Positions 63,019 to 64,000 of a DNA stretch of 64,000 nt are shown here, one piece after another. A model generated the notes under the pieces. That model had not been told where the DNA came from. It saw only the letters and a program-made list of their open reading frames with translations, and ran no database searches. The position numbers and the translations under genes are program-made. The stretch lies in NCBI GenBank assembly GCA_046290225.1, contig JBKAGE010000038.1:224001-288000 (forward strand), written 5' to 3'. Source of the stretch: Bradymonadia bacterium (lineage in GTDB: Bacteria > Myxococcota_A > Bradymonadia > UBA7976 > UBA1532). Numbering within the stretch: the first letter of the stretch is position 1; every line of letters begins with the position of its first letter.

Positions 63019-63999
63019 TTTAAGCTGCATTGCCGAGGTATCCACAGCCCACGCCTTACCGAACTGAGTAATGGTGGCCACGAGCTGGGCTTTCTCGATG
63101 TTCACGATGCCCTTGGGCACCGCGAGATACTTGAAGAAGGCGCTGTCACCGGGGCGATAACCCTGACCATTGCTGGGCACAGCCAGGGGGAGGTAGGCCT
63201 GCTTGCCGTATTTGTCGGTGAGGAGCAGGTAAGGGCTGGTGAAGCGGGTGGTGGCGATGTCGTACTTGCTGCTGAAGTTGATGCTCACATTGAGGTAGGG
63301 GAAGAGGTTGAGTACGGCGCAATCTGGACAGAGGGGCACTCGAGGCTGCGGGCCCACAGCACCAAGCGCATCACGACGCAGTCGGTCAGGCGGCTCACCC
63401 ACAATCTGTGCAGGGCCAAAGCGCACATCATCATTGTTGGTGCAGTCCGTCCAGTCTACGCATGCATCATCACTCGTACCTGGCGCGTTGGCGGTGCACT
63501 GAGGTGCCGGCTCGGCCCCCTCCGGATCATACCCTGGCGGATTCCCGGGGAACGCATCACACACCTCCAGCCACTCCGCACATCGATCGATGACATCAGG
63601 GCCTTGGCCTTGAGCCAGGCACCCAATGGCGGAGAGCAGCTCCCCACACTGCACCAGGTCATCAGCCGCCCCGACATTGAGAGCCCGCACTGGATATCCC
63701 TGCCATGTTGAACGGTTGAGGTCATATGCGGTCAGGTAGAGCAGATCGCTCAGCTGGGCCCCACTCAACCGGGGTACTAGAGGGTCTGCGCTCCGCGCAG
63801 CGCCCAGATATGCCAACGCCCGTGCGAGGGCGCCCGTGGTCAGGGCAGCAGACACCGAAGTGCCCGTGTATGCTTCTGGGGCACCCGCGAGCGCACCTTG
63901 GGGTGTGAACACGTGCGCCCCTGGTGCGACGAGGCGGGGCTCTGCCAAGGCTCGGGGGATCGACACACCTGTCGGGGTGCCACGGGCATTGATCGCGCC
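63016..63999 (-). CDS. 5'-truncated S8 (subtilisin-like) serine peptidase, C-terminal part
   Basis: Frame is open to the window edge: GAINARG...PRLVAPG...YTGTSVSAALTTGALA (catalytic Ser motif), followed by a Cys-rich tail. Confidence 0.8.
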   Translation of the reverse strand, partial: GAINARGTPTGVSIPRALAEPRLVAPGAHVFTPQGALAGAPEAYTGTSVSAALTTGALARALAYLGAARSADPLVPRLSGAQLSDLLYLTAYDLNRSTWQGYPVRALNVGAADDLVQCGELLSAIGCLAQGQGPDVIDRCAEWLEVCDAFPGNPPGYDPEGAEPAPQCTANAPGTSDDACVDWTDCTNNDDVRFGPAQIVGEPPDRLRRDALGAVGPQPRVPLCPDCAVLNLFPYLNVSINFSSKYDIATTRFTSPYLLLTDKYGKQAYLPLAVPSNGQGYRPGDSAFFKYLAVPKGIVNIEKAQLVATITQFGKAWAVDTSAMQLK

Positions 64000-64000
64000 G

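Overview
High-GC, gene-dense bacterial chromosomal window. The gene content looks like Myxococcota or Bradymonadia (inference): two eukaryotic-like Ser/Thr kinases, many Gly/Asp-rich lipoproteins, Cys-rich CNGxDDDCDG repeat proteins and an ECF sigma/anti-sigma pair. About 50 CDSs are supportable, including uppP, rnhA, rtcR, rtcA (no rtcB in the window), a LolA-like/ABC export operon, a TerB plus M48-TerB pair, a MATE transporter, a small flagellar/chemotaxis-type cluster, a 2,027-aa Cys-repeat surface protein, a macro-domain protein and a SpoIIM-RDD-barrel-lipase operon. I recognised no rRNA, tRNA, CRISPR array or intact transposase. The most unusual signals are non-coding. (1) Two diverged copies of a 300-400 bp element with long (GGGCAC)n-containing inverted arms that co-vary within each copy; both begin exactly at the TAG stop codon of the upstream gene, in the same orientation and phase. 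(2) A 370 bp symmetric ladder of CTGTAGCGGACG motifs separated by triloop hairpins, also starting at a TAG stop. (3) A 160 bp long hairpin. The most notable protein signal is a tandem pair of lipoproteins whose C-terminal halves resemble BPI/LBP (TULIP) lipid-binding domains. All family calls come from motif recognition by eye; no database searches were run.
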